DNA of 62,648 nt, filler included, from Choristocarpus tenellus KU-1152 (lineage: Eukaryota > Protista > Phaeophyceae): the NCBI GenBank assembly GCA_964200185.2. It is 9 parts of 9 records of this genome, joined end to end, with 100 filler letters (N's around TTAATTAATTAA, not from the genome) between each part and the next. Parts side by side here need not be neighbours in the genome. Positions count along the whole stretch, not along the records: positions 38,430 to 49,473 come from CAXNAD020002547.1; positions 49,574 to 59,132 come from CAXNAD020003578.1; 7 more parts are not named here. The stretch is one strand, 5' to 3'. The notes beneath the pieces are model-generated. The model searched no databases. It saw nothing but the letters and a program-made list of their open reading frames with translations, and had not been told where the DNA came from. Of the stretch, positions 38,430 through 50,339 are shown piece by piece; the stretch's first letter is position 1; each line of letters begins with the position of its first letter. The position numbers and the translations under genes are program-made.

Positions 38430-41400
38430 GAAGATGATTGTTGGGGCGGAAGGCTCCTTCCCTGTTGATATTGGAGGTGTGGAAGAGGAGGGGGGTGGGG
38501 AAGAGGAATTTGGGGTTGAGGTATGGGATATGCGTAATAGAGATAGTTTGGGTGAGGCTGGGGGTAGGAAGGAGAGTGAGGGAGAAAATGTGTTTACAGG
38601 TGCAGCAGGGAAGGGTGTGGAGATGAGAAAGAATGAGGATGACACATCGGGGGTGTCTGGTGAGGCTGGGTGTGATAAACAGTCAGAAGTCAATGTCAGC
38701 GAAGGAGACAAGGTGTGTGCAACAACCCTGGAGCCTGAATCTCCACAGGAATGGGGGACTGCGGTCATGGACATTGCTGGTGCTGATTTTGGGCTTTTGG
38801 GCATGTCCCAGGAGGAGAGGACTGAAGAGGCTCAGGGAGAGGATGCTGATCTTGAGTTGGCTGGTTGGGGGTGGATGGGAATGTACCTGAGGAAGGAAGA
38901 GTTTTTGCCACAACCTGAGCAGGTTTCGCCATTGACAACTGTGAACAAGGTGATGGGCACATGTGAGGAAAGTTTAGGGGTATCAGTTTCAGCAGGAGAA
39001 GGGTCAGCAATAAATGTTGCTGAAAGTTTTGGTGGAGATAGGAATGATGAGGCAATTACTAATGAAGCATTATCTGAGGTGGGGTTCGATACAGAGGATC
39101 TTGGCTCTGTGGTGCTAGGAGCCACAGAGTCTTTGTGTAGCAATGAGGTAGAGGAGCAGTGTTTAGGTATAGATGTGTTGGATGTAGCAGGGGCAGACTT
39201 TGGACTCCTCAGTACGATCCAGGATGGGGCTTTGGACAGTAGGGGGGGGGGAGGAGTTGACAACACTTTTTCAGGGTGGGGATGGACAGGGGAAGTAGAG
39301 GGGGCATTTGATTCAGAAGCAGTTGTGAGAACAGGGAAACCACTCCATGAAAATCATGTGTTGGATGAGTTAGATGCCGCTGCTGTGAAGAATGAGGAGA
39401 TTGAGGCAAGGGACATAGGCAAAGCACAGGAGGCTAGGTGCATGTGGGAGAGGGGCATACATACTTTGGAGGAGGCCCAAGAGCACTTTGGTGCTGCTAC
39501 TGGGAGTGCAGATGCAAGTGGACTGACCAAGCATCCAGAGGTACAGCGGGTGCTGTTGCCATGCAAGGAGGCCATTAAGTTAGCAGAGGCAATGGTCACG
39601 AGTGGGTTCCATGAAAAGAATCCTGGTTGTAGACCAGCCCTCAAACTTATGGAGGCAGCGCTTGCTGCTGCTGCAGAGGCCAAGCAGGCAAGGGATGCAG
39701 TGGCAGGGGAAGTTGAGGCAGCACTAATTAACAAGGCTGAGAGGGGACGGGCCACAGGAAGGCTCGAGGCGGCAGGAGATGTCATTGCTGGACTGGAAGG
39801 TCGGCTCCATCGACTCTCCGCTGCAACTTCAAGGCGTATGGATGTCCTTGAAGAAGCAATGGCCAGTGCCACTTCCTTGACTCAGATGAGCTCTGGAAGT
39901 GGAGCCGGCGGGGCCCAAGAGGAACGGTCATTGTCAGGGACAAGGAGGAGGATTCTCAATCGCACTACTACGCCAGATGTTGCAAGTGGGGGTGCTCTTG
40001 GAAGAGTTACCGCTGTGGATGGGAATGAGGAGGATGCGTGGCAATTTGTACGAGGGGCGAACAAGGCACTGGCAACAGCTTCAGAGCAGGTAAAATCGTC
40101 TTGGAATGTCTCGACACTTGAGGGTGTGGTTGAGGATGCCGCTGGAAAAAGTGTGGCAGGTGCTGAAGCAGCTGTGGGGGAGGCTGAGGCTAGAGGCAGG
40201 CTGATGGACCAGGGTGTTGCCGCGGTTGTGAGGGCGGCTACGGGAGCGGTGAGGTTGTCAGAGGAGGCGAGCCTGACAGGCCTGGCAGGACGATCCTCCG
40301 TGGTAGAGGCTTTGTCTTCCGCAGGAGACACCCTCAGAGCTGCGCTTGTGGCATCTGAGGGCAGAGGTGGTGATGGTGTAGACGCCTTTGTGGTGACTGC
40401 AAGAGCCTCAGAGGCTGCAGTAGACAGGGTGAGGGATGCCATGGCACAGGAGCGGCGTGCTGTGGAGCAAGCTGAGGGGCAGCGGAGAGAGTGCGCAAAA
40501 GGGCTGTGGGCTGCAGCAAGGCAGCTGGAAGGACTCGATACAGCTAGTGTTGCATCGCTGGATGTGGAGGTGGCAGCGATGGTGCTGGAAGCCCGTTCGG
40601 AGGCTGTGCAGGTGTGCAGAGTTCTGTTTCTTGGGGTGCTTCTTTTCTTGTGGTTGTATGGGTGTGTGGGATATATATACAGAGTGTGCAGTCCAAGAGA
40701 TTCAGAATTTTGGAGAATATTGAAGACAGAAGGGACTGGGGGGGTGCGGGGTTTTGTTAGGGGCTTGAAGACCTGGGTCCCAAGGGCTTGTCGGGGTTGA
40801 GCGAATAGAAGTCCAGTGTTTTTATTGTTTTTCACTTTTATTCCTTCTCGCCCTGTGGTATCGTGGTTGTGGGGAGTGAAGAAGCACACTGCTGTCATCA
40901 ATATTTTGTTCCTATTGAGATAGGGGACAAAGTTTTGTGCCGTGTGTCGGTGCTTTGTTTTTGAGCAAAAACTGAAATGTGTCCTGCATGCTAAACTGCA
41001 CCCAACTAACTGCCTCTATGTCTCATTCTTGTGGTGACCCATTGCTGTTTAGGCACTCGTGGTCCTGGAGGCAGCAGAAGACCCTTCTCACCACCTTGCA
41101 AGAGCAGAAGCAGCCCTTCGCCAGGCAGAGGCTGCCGAGACTGAATTTGTGGAGGTGTACCGCCGTAAAAGTCGCTTTGATAATGCTAGATCCCTACTCA
41201 AGCAGGCGGAGGCTATGGTCACCGATGCAGTTGGAAATAGGGGCACTGACTCAAGGGCAAACACGTCCGGAGTTACAGTGGAGAGGGTTAGGGAGGGGGG
41301 ACTGTTGTGGGAAAGGAAGGACTGGGGACCTGCAGTTAGGAAGGCTCTGGAGCACTATGAAGAGACCCTTGAGGTCGCAGCGGCCTCTGATGGTAGCACA

Positions 41401-44400
41401 GATGCCTTTCTGGAAGCTTGTAGGACTGTGCTCTCCGCTGCTGAGAATGTGGAAAGAGGTGCAGCACAAGCGCGTCAAGGTGCATTGGACTGGGAGCGGT
41501 GGCGTCGGCGCGAGCTTGTGCGCTTGGAGCAGCCTGCAGTAGCGCTCGCAGCACTCAACCCCATGGGCGTTCTTGAGGAGGAGGGAGACAACAGCAAAGG
41601 CAGTAGGAAGGATGGAGGGGGAGGGGGAGGGGGAACAGGAGTCGATGCTGCAGTGAAGGATGCAATGACTGCCCTCGCTGAGGCGAGGGGGGCATTGGTG
41701 ACTGCTGGAGGAGGGGAGGAGGAGGGCAATAGGGAATCAATTAGTGCAAAGGTGAATCAGGCAGTGGAGGCAGCGTTAAAGGCAGAACGGGACTACATGG
41801 AGGCTAGGGAACAGAGGCGCAGGGCGAGCCGCTGGCAGAAGAAACTGAGGCAGCTAGAGGCAGGTCTATTGAGGGCAAATGAGACGGCCATGGCACATCC
41901 CCGGGCTGCCTTGGTGTCAGAGCTTTGTAGCCCAACACTTTCGAATGCTGCGATTGCGGTGGAGGCTGCACAGAAGGCTACCAGGAGCACTGGGAGGGCA
42001 TGGGGTGTAAGAGTGGCCAGACTCGTCTCAAATGCACGGGCTAAGGTGGAAATGGCAGAGCAGGACTTGTTGGAGCAGGTGTGCATACCCCTGGTCCATC
42101 ACAATCTAAACGTACCCCATACAGTAGGATATGAAAGTAGAGGTTTGTGTGCACACGTGAATGTTACAATCCCAAAGTTGTATTGAAGTATGCAAGAGGA
42201 TGCCAAGACAATGAGAAGTAGGGAGACGGGTAGTTCTTTACAGCACCTTATTTTCATGAATACAACCTGGGAAATACTGATATTCCTCTGTGTTTTGAAT
42301 TTCTGCACACACACATACCATGCATCATATTATCTGTAGTTTACTGTATCATTTGGATAATGGCAAGTTGGTTTCGTATGAGATTTATTCACAGCTATCA
42401 GTGTCAGTCGCTTGAAAGCAGAACAGGCGGGGCTGCCCCTGGTTTTTTTAAAGCCACAGGTCTTGACCAATGAAGAATAATTTTATCTGCACTTTCAACC
42501 CCGCTTACTTCAACACCCAATCGATGTTTGGCCATTCACTACATTTTAAAGGCTGACCGTGTGCGTAAAGCTGATGCCAGACGTGCTACCCTTCGAACAG
42601 CCCTGACCACGAGCTTGGACTCCTTGGCTGAAGCTCAGGCCACACTTGAAGCGGAGGAGGCTACCTTCTACATCTCTGCTGGGGTAGATGTGGCGTCTGG
42701 GACTAACAGACTTCGTGTTGCTGCAGGCACCACCATGGCAGATGCCCTGAGCGCTTGTACACGTGCAGCTGAGGCCGCAGTCATTGCCCAGGGTCTCCTA
42801 GGAAAACCCCTTACAGTAGAGTGGCTAGAAGTATCTGTTGCCAGTGTTGGGGACCCACAGGTAGGTCAGAGCCCCGCAGATGAAGAGGAGAGGAGGGTAG
42901 AGGAGGCACAGACACGGGTAGCTGAGGCAGAGGAAGCAGTGGCTAGACTTTCAGAAAGGCTAGCTCAAGTTCGAGGCATTCGTGCCAAGCTGCGAGCATT
43001 GCTGGCAACGTCTGAGGCTCAATTCCGGCGCACAAGCGCTGTGCTGGCAGATGCTGGTGCACTCCACCCACCCACGGCCCATGCAGGGGAATTTCGTGCC
43101 TTTGGTGGTGGGCCTGAAAGTGTAGTCAAAGCTGTGCAAGTGGCAGGGGAGGCTCTTGCCCGTGCGCGTATGAGGTTGCAGGGTCCGTTGGGGCTAGGGC
43201 ATCTCGATGTTGATGCCAGGAGCAAGGGTGAGTATGGTGGGCTTGCTAGGGATGAAGAGTCCGTGTCAGAAGCCCAGGGTTATGTTGCAGCGCTGGAGTC
43301 ATTTGTTGTGGCAGGTGTGGCTAATAAGGCTCACAAGGTCTCCGCTGGGGCTCAACAAGCGGAGGATGGATTCCACTATTTGGAGAAGGATTCGGTCGAG
43401 CACAGTATACTAAGTCCTGCAGGCAGCACAGTCCACAATACCACCCTTGACCTTGATGAGCAGACTGCTCGTGATGCTCTAGACCTTGCTGAGCAGTGGG
43501 GGGAAGCATTGCAGGCACAAGTGGTGGAACTTGGGCTTGTAGGTGACCATGCAGTGATAAAGGCAACAGAGTCCTCTGCCGTAGCCCACCGCGCAGCAAA
43601 AGCAAGTTTTAGTGCACTGTCAGGTAGTGGTGAGCAATGTTTCTGGGTAGAGGTGCGCACTGCTGTGGAGGCCTTCGCCACAGAGCTTGGTAGGTTGGAA
43701 AAGGCAGTGGAGGGTGCAACAGAGCAGCGTCGAACGCGGGAGGCTGGGTTGGGTACAGCAGCAAGGCGCCTTGAGCGACTAAAGGACTCTTTAGGGGCTC
43801 TCCGCGAGACAGTTGGGACATCAGATGAGGCACTGGCGATCCTCACAGCTGGGGCGATGGATGCTGCAGCAACTGCCACGGAGGCTGCTGTTGCAACGCT
43901 CATCAGTGGTGGGAGCAATGGAGATGACGGTGGTCTAAGAGGCCTAGCTTCCAAGGCTGCAACTGGGTTGGCAGCACTGACTGATGCTGTGCAAACTGCT
44001 GCAGTCTCAGTAGCCCAGGCCGAGGCAACAGTTACCAGGGCACGAGAACAGGCCTCTCAGGCATCAGCGGAGCGGGTGAGGGCCCTGGAGACTCTAGTGG
44101 GCCTGGCAGAGGGGCTGGGGTCAGCAGGGGACAGGCTGGCAGCATCCTCATCAGAGCGAGGAGTTGAATGGTCACGTGAGGCCACTGCCACAATGTTGGA
44201 GGCTCAGAGGTCACTGAGTAAGGCCCGTGAGCTTGCACAGGGTGGTGTGGAAGCGTGGGTCACTGGGGGTTCAGATATTGCAGCGGCAGTGGCAGTAGCA
44301 GGTGAACTAGTCCGGCGTGCAGGACGAACAATTGATGCACCAGTGCAAGCACCAACAGATGATAGACAGCAGCGTGTGGCTGGAGCCGTGGCTAATGCCG

Positions 44401-46016
44401 AGGCAAAGGCAAGGGAGTGGCTGGAGGCGGAGGCAGAGGCAAGGGCGAGTGCTCTAGCTGATGCGAATCAGGAAGAAGGGAAAGGAGGAGGTGGTGATGG
44501 AAAGAGTAATCAAAAGGCAGGGACGGAATCTACTCAAAAGCCAAGGATTGGCTTTAGTAGGGGGGAAGGAAGGGTAGGGGCAGGAAAGTATCTTCCTCTG
44601 TGGATGCGTATGCAGATGAAGACTTTGGGTGGTGGTGAGGAAGGTGGAGAGTCCTCATCAAATGTTGTCAGTGATGTGACAATATCACCAGGCAGCAGCA
44701 AGGGCGGTGGAAATGGTGATAGCCCGCTGGGCGAGGGGTCTATGGGGTAAGCCCCTCTCTATGTTGGAGGACTATGCTGATCTATTACATCATTCAGACT
44801 TGTTCATTATATGCATAGGAGTGGGTGGTGCTAAGGTCATTACAGGTTACTCCCAAAATTCGTTGTTGGTAATTTTGGTAAAGCAGTCACTTCCACTCAT
44901 GCACCATGCCATGCCAATTATTGTAGTAGAGGAGAGACAAGAAGGGCTTGAGTCATTTCAACCTGCAATGTAAAAGTTTTCTTTCATTCACACTAATGAG
45001 CCTCTAACCTGTTTTTTTTAATGCAATCCATGTATATTTTTTTATGTATGTAGGTTGGCTCAAGAACCGCCAGTAGCCTTCACACCCACACAGAAATATG
45101 AATCTTCTTCCACTTTGGGTCAAGTTGAGGAACTTGATGGTGCATTAGATTGCAGGAAGCGAGAGGAAAGGAGACTAAGAGCTGAGGCTGACCGCTTGAG
45201 AGAGGAGGCAAGACAGCTTCGACAAGCCAGGGGAGACCAACAGTATGGTAGTGGCAGCAGTTGGGATGCCAGTACCAAGCTGAATTCAAAAGTCAGGGAA
45301 GGTTCATCGGTGGGTCAATCAAGAACCTCAATTGACTTCAAACAGGTGAGTCTGGTTGAATTTCATCATGTACTGGTTTAACAGAAGAAGACAGACTGGG
45401 CTTCAACATCATGCCTCAGTTGGTCATGTGGGAATTGTTTCCATCCACGTCCCCCCAGCATCGTTGTACTTGTTCAAAGGCAATTTTGAAGGTTTGTTTA
45501 TGTTAGAGAGGCGTGATGCAATCAACACCACCACCTATTGCTTGTGCGGATGGCCTTAGGTCTTCGCCAGTGTGTTGTTCCGTGTTGAGGAGGTAGAATT
45601 ATCAGATAAATAAAAAAGAAAACCTCAGAAGTATTCTAAAGTTTCATAAAATTCAAAATATAGCCAAAAGAGTATATTTTACTCTCTCTATTCTTAGAAG
45701 GAATGGACTATTTGTCTTATCTGCTCCCATTATTCACCTCATACATGAAAGAGGAGTGTGTGTTGAGTAACTTAGTGGTGAATCTGCATGGTGTACAAAC
45801 CAAACCTATCTGAAATTGTGTTACCTTCATCCAAAATGACTGTTTTGCCTTGAGCAGGCAGCAGAAGCCCTTGCTGAGGATATGGTGAAGAAGTTTGCTG
45901 CCAGCGCTAAGGCTGACGCAATTGCAGGGCGAAGTAGGTTAGAGGGTGATACAGGATCTGAGGGGAATATTGATGCGGCAGAGAGGCTGAAGGGTTTGCA
46001 GAATGAGGAAGATTGA
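38430..46016 (+). CDS. Large Ala/Glu-rich, probably coiled-coil protein of unknown function (at least ~1950 aa, 5'-partial). Exons 38430-40611, 41053-42078, 42552-44746, 45054-45345, 45858-46016
   Basis: The ORFs of 788, 375, 740 and 108 aa join through canonical GT-AG introns with consistent phases (0,0,2,0) and end at TGA 46014-46016. Composition is helical and A/E/R-rich. Confidence 0.85.
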
Positions 46017-47914
46017 TGTAACTCATTACCCGTGTCCTTGGATGGTGGAAGTGGCGTTTACAGGGGGGAAAGTGAACTAGTGCTGCACCCGCACTGTAGA
46101 AGACTGCTGAAACTGATACTGTGCTTTCCTTTCTGTACCCTTTGCTTTGGGGATGGTTGACCAGCTCGGTAGATTGCCTCAATTTGTAGCTTCTATTTCC
46201 TAGTAGATGGACAAAACCAACGCTGTGTTGTGGATAGGGGTTGTTCTAAGTGTTTCCTGTTTGCATAAACCACCACTCACTGTATGCAACTTGAACTTCT
46301 TAAAGTCACCATGCATGTACTTTACGGAGTAGTGACCACTTACAACAATGACTTGTATTGTGGGTAGTTTTTACCTGTTTCAAACCGCTACATCTATATA
46401 AATATATGGTATCTACAGGCTTTGTCTGCTCTCCCACTCCCCGTATGTCACAGCAAGTCAATCCAAACGTGGTGTCTAGCAACTGAAAGTTGGCGATAAC
46501 AGTAGTTGTGGAAGTTCATCTTCCCTGACATGATTAGTAAGCCCCGTAACAAATGTTGTACGTAGTAGGGCAGAGTACTCAAACTTACACTTGCATGTTC
46601 GAATTGGGTTTTTTTCTCTAATGACTGAGATCATCGAACATCAGCCGTGAACTCTACTTCTGACCAGGCAGAGGGCGTATGTATGGCATTATGTCAGGAT
46701 GGAACACTAAATCTAGAGCCCGTAAGGAGGATCTGCAAAAAGACAGCAGTATCCCATTACATGAATACTTCAAAAAGTAGTTTGTCCCATCTAAGCATAG
46801 GCGTCATTAGGTCCAGATGCAAGGTCTTTGTATTGGCAAATGTATTAATATATATTTGGTACGTGCAATCCCATTAGCAGATGAGGTGTTTCGGAAGATT
46901 AGCCCTTAATATCCAAGCACCTATTTGGAAACACTCTTGTGATCGGGAGTTCATGCATGCTCATATGGACTGGTGTAGCGTAGTTCTTTGCTGCAACAGA
47001 GAGTTCTAGACTTAGAGATTGGCAATGCCAGCACACAAAGATAATAATTGCAACAGTTTCTATCCTTGATCGAGAAAGAGGTGACCATTGCTGAACACTC
47101 TGGCAGTCATTGATGAATCTCCAGCAAGGCAGGGGAGCCACAAGGATTTATTTCCTCATCAAAAAAAGTTAGCAATAAATGGTAGAAGTACCCTATTTGC
47201 CACTCCAGTTGCACCTCAAGTGTAGGTAGCAGTGCTTGTGTTGTTGACTCTAATATTATGGCTTAGATCGCAATGACTACTCCATCAACACTTCCAGTCC
47301 CCAAAATAATCCAAAGCGAACCAAGCAAATCAGAGGTCACTATAGAAAAGAAAAAAATGAGAGGTAGTCAGGGTTGCATTTTAAGGACCCAAATAAGGGC
47401 AAAAAGTTGTCCTTTTCCAGCAATGCAGAAAGAGTCTTTGCTTAATTGCGGTGTCACTTTGTGTGTGGAAAGGGGGATTATCAATATGCTTACACTATTG
47501 TACAGATAAAGCAATGAAATGAAGTGTATTGCACAGGGTAAGAAAGATGACTCAGAATTGCAAAAGGGTCCAAATCTGCTAACCTCTCGATTGATTTGAC
47601 TCTTGACGCTATCTTGACAGAAGGGAAAAGGAATTGCATTAACAACGTTTCAAATTTACCAGTAAACGTGGAAGATCTTTTCTACACGTGTACACATATT
47701 TCCCACTTTATTCCTTTACCTTACACAAGTGATTGCATGTTTCTATTTACATGATCCATTAAAGCTAAAAATGGTGTGGAAGCAGTTACGATTTTGACAT
47801 TGCGCTTCCATTTTAAACACACACTTTCGTGTCACCTTTCACGATCATGGGATCACACCACAAACTACACCATACAAACTATATGTTTGTCGACACCTCA
47901 CTCTTGTGAGATCA

Positions 47915-48984
47915 TTAGGAGTCCTCTAGAGACCCCACCTCCACTTCCCCAATGTTCCTACAATCATCGCCATTGCTATTGCCCTCATGCAGATCCTTAA
48001 CCTTTCTCCCCGCCCCATGCCTTTCCTTCACACGCCGTAAGGCTTTATCTAGTCGCACAGCAAACTCATCCAACTCCTCCCTTCCAAGTCCAACTGCGCA
48101 TGCAGCAGTGAGGTACGGAGCATGAGGATAGTCCCTCACCCCTGCCCCATAGCCTTCAAAACGGATGCCACCCACTGTCTTGTCTTGTCCTTGGGACACC
48201 ACCCGGGTCCCTGACACACAGCGGGTAAACAACATCGACCCTAGGAACGCTGCAGCTTCCCCTGGTTCAGGTACAGTAGGACTTGCCTCTCTTGCCTGGT
48301 CTCTGCAGTCACCTGCAGATGCCTGACTCTCATTGATCAGTGTGTGGTACAAACAAGAGGCAGGGCATGGATTGGTGACATAATGTAGAGGGGAAGCACA
48401 CAAGCATTGCAGAGGGGGGTAACCAAATAGGGAGGTTGGAAAATCTGTATACATCTTGAGTGCTCCCAGACGTGCCAGGCCTCAACACGATAGAAACTAC
48501 TGAGTACGTAGTAGAACCTTGGAAAGGATGTGCACAGATACTGTAGCACTTTGGAAAGGAAAGACATCACGAAAGTCAGATGTGTCGGAGCATGATCCAA
48601 AGAGGTCTTGGAGTCTCCATCAGCGATTTTTTTTTTGAGTATGCGGGAAACACTCAGAATGCAAATGAAAAAAAAACATGTGTCGAGCAAATGCATCCGC
48701 AAACCATGAAAACAGACATTTAGCAACGAACAAGGGGCAAAAATGAAAGGGATCCCACCAGCAGAGTTTTCTCTGGACATTCCAAAAATTTACAAGCACT
48801 CCAGAAGAGATCAGCATGTCGCATCTGACTTGGCCTCCTCATTATCCCTGATGGACCATCCCTTTCTATTCAACCCACCTCTGAGACCGTCAGCGTTCGA
48901 AGGGTGATGGCAAAGGAAATGGTGTTGCCTGGTGTCTCCAGCAAACGCTCCCCGTTGGCCTCTGCACAATCTCGGAGTCGTTGC
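47915..48984 (-). CDS. SEPSECS: O-phosphoseryl-tRNA(Sec) selenium transferase, last two exons (48984-48879 and 48322-47915). The 5' part is off-contig
   Basis: Spliced peptide ..GERLLETPGNTISFAITLRTL..|..FLGSMLFTRCVSGTRVV..FEGYG..YPHAPYLTAACAVG...FAVRLDKAL matches the SepSecS C-terminus (ERLL.TP.N.IS.A.TL; GSMLF.R.VSG.RVV; YL.AA.A.G). The GT-AG intron joins the two exons in phase 0. Confidence 0.93.
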
Positions 48985-50339
48985 CTATTTCATGAAATGT
49001 CAAGGGGTTGATATAATCAGGTGTCATGACTCAAGTGGAAGATAGAGGAACGTAACATTTGGAGTTGGGGGGGGGGTATACAAAGGCAAATAATGGTAGG
49101 AACGGTTTCAAAAAAATCAAAAAGACGCAAGAAAGCTTCCATTTATGTTGACCGGGTGTAATGAGGGGGAGAGGTGTGTCTTGAAGGTGGGGGGTATGGG
49201 GGGTGGGGATTGTTGTAAGGTTAAACATTGGGATCATAGATCCTCTATGCAAGGAAGAGATTAGGAGTGTCACGGTGCTCTCATGGCAGAGTATGTGACA
49301 TTGCATTGAACAAGGCATGGAAATGATGTGTATTAACATTAAATAACTGAGAGGTGATGGTACAACCCTGGTGGCATCAGCAGTAAGAGGGGCGGTTCAG
49401 CTTCAAAACTGTCCCATATCAGTACAGTGCATGCCTGAACAGAGGGGGGGGGGAGGGGGGGAGGAGATTTTATNNNNNNNNNNNNNNNNNNNNNNNNNNN
49501 NNNNNNNNNNNNNNNNNTTAATTAATTAANNNNNNNNNNNNNNNNNNNNNNNNNNNNNNNNNNNNNNNNNNNNGTATTGCACCTCACCTATCCCTCACTT
49601 TCGACATCATCTTAATATGCAACAGGAAAAGCATCTCTCCTCTGTTGCTAATCCTCGTGACCCACCACCTAACGCTCCCCCGCCCATGCCATTTTTTTTG
49701 CACGAGTTTTTTTCTCTTCTCGAAGGAATGAAGGATCCCCACCAACCACATGCATTCCGAAGTAAATATATCAAACAGGTTTCGCATCCCAGCCATTTCT
49801 ATTTCTCATATCACGTCGAGCATTATTTTTTAATTTATTTGGTTTTGTTACTTTTATTTTTTTGAAGAAAGGATCATCATGTAACCACACCCATTCGGAA
49901 AATATAATAATTTTCACGAATCGCTTCTCAAATATCCCCTATTTTCAAATGATGCCGTTCGACATCATTTTAGAAGAAAAACACACCACACACATGCATT
50001 TGGAAATCATCAAATTTATAAATTTTCGCAGCCCAACCATTTTTCATTCTCAGATGCTGTCGTTCCAAATTCTGTTGACGAAATGCAAAGCCCCTCCACT
50101 TACCACCCATCCGCTTTCCATGTCCAATGCAATGAAGGCATTCCTTCAATGATGCAAATCACTCCAGCCCCAAACACGTATCATCTGTGGCAAAGCACTC
50201 ATCAGTCTGCTCGTTCGCTAAACACCTCTATCATCACTTGTTTCATATTCATCCCTACCTCATCATCCTCAACACTCAATCGTGGGAATCATATCAGCTC
50301 CACACTTTACTTAAATCTCTTCCCGATACCTCCTTTCGT

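Noticed and set aside
39354-40901. Long minus-strand ORFs (172 and 339 aa; also 43376-43954)
   Set aside because: They are antisense shadows of the Ala/Glu-rich plus-strand exons.
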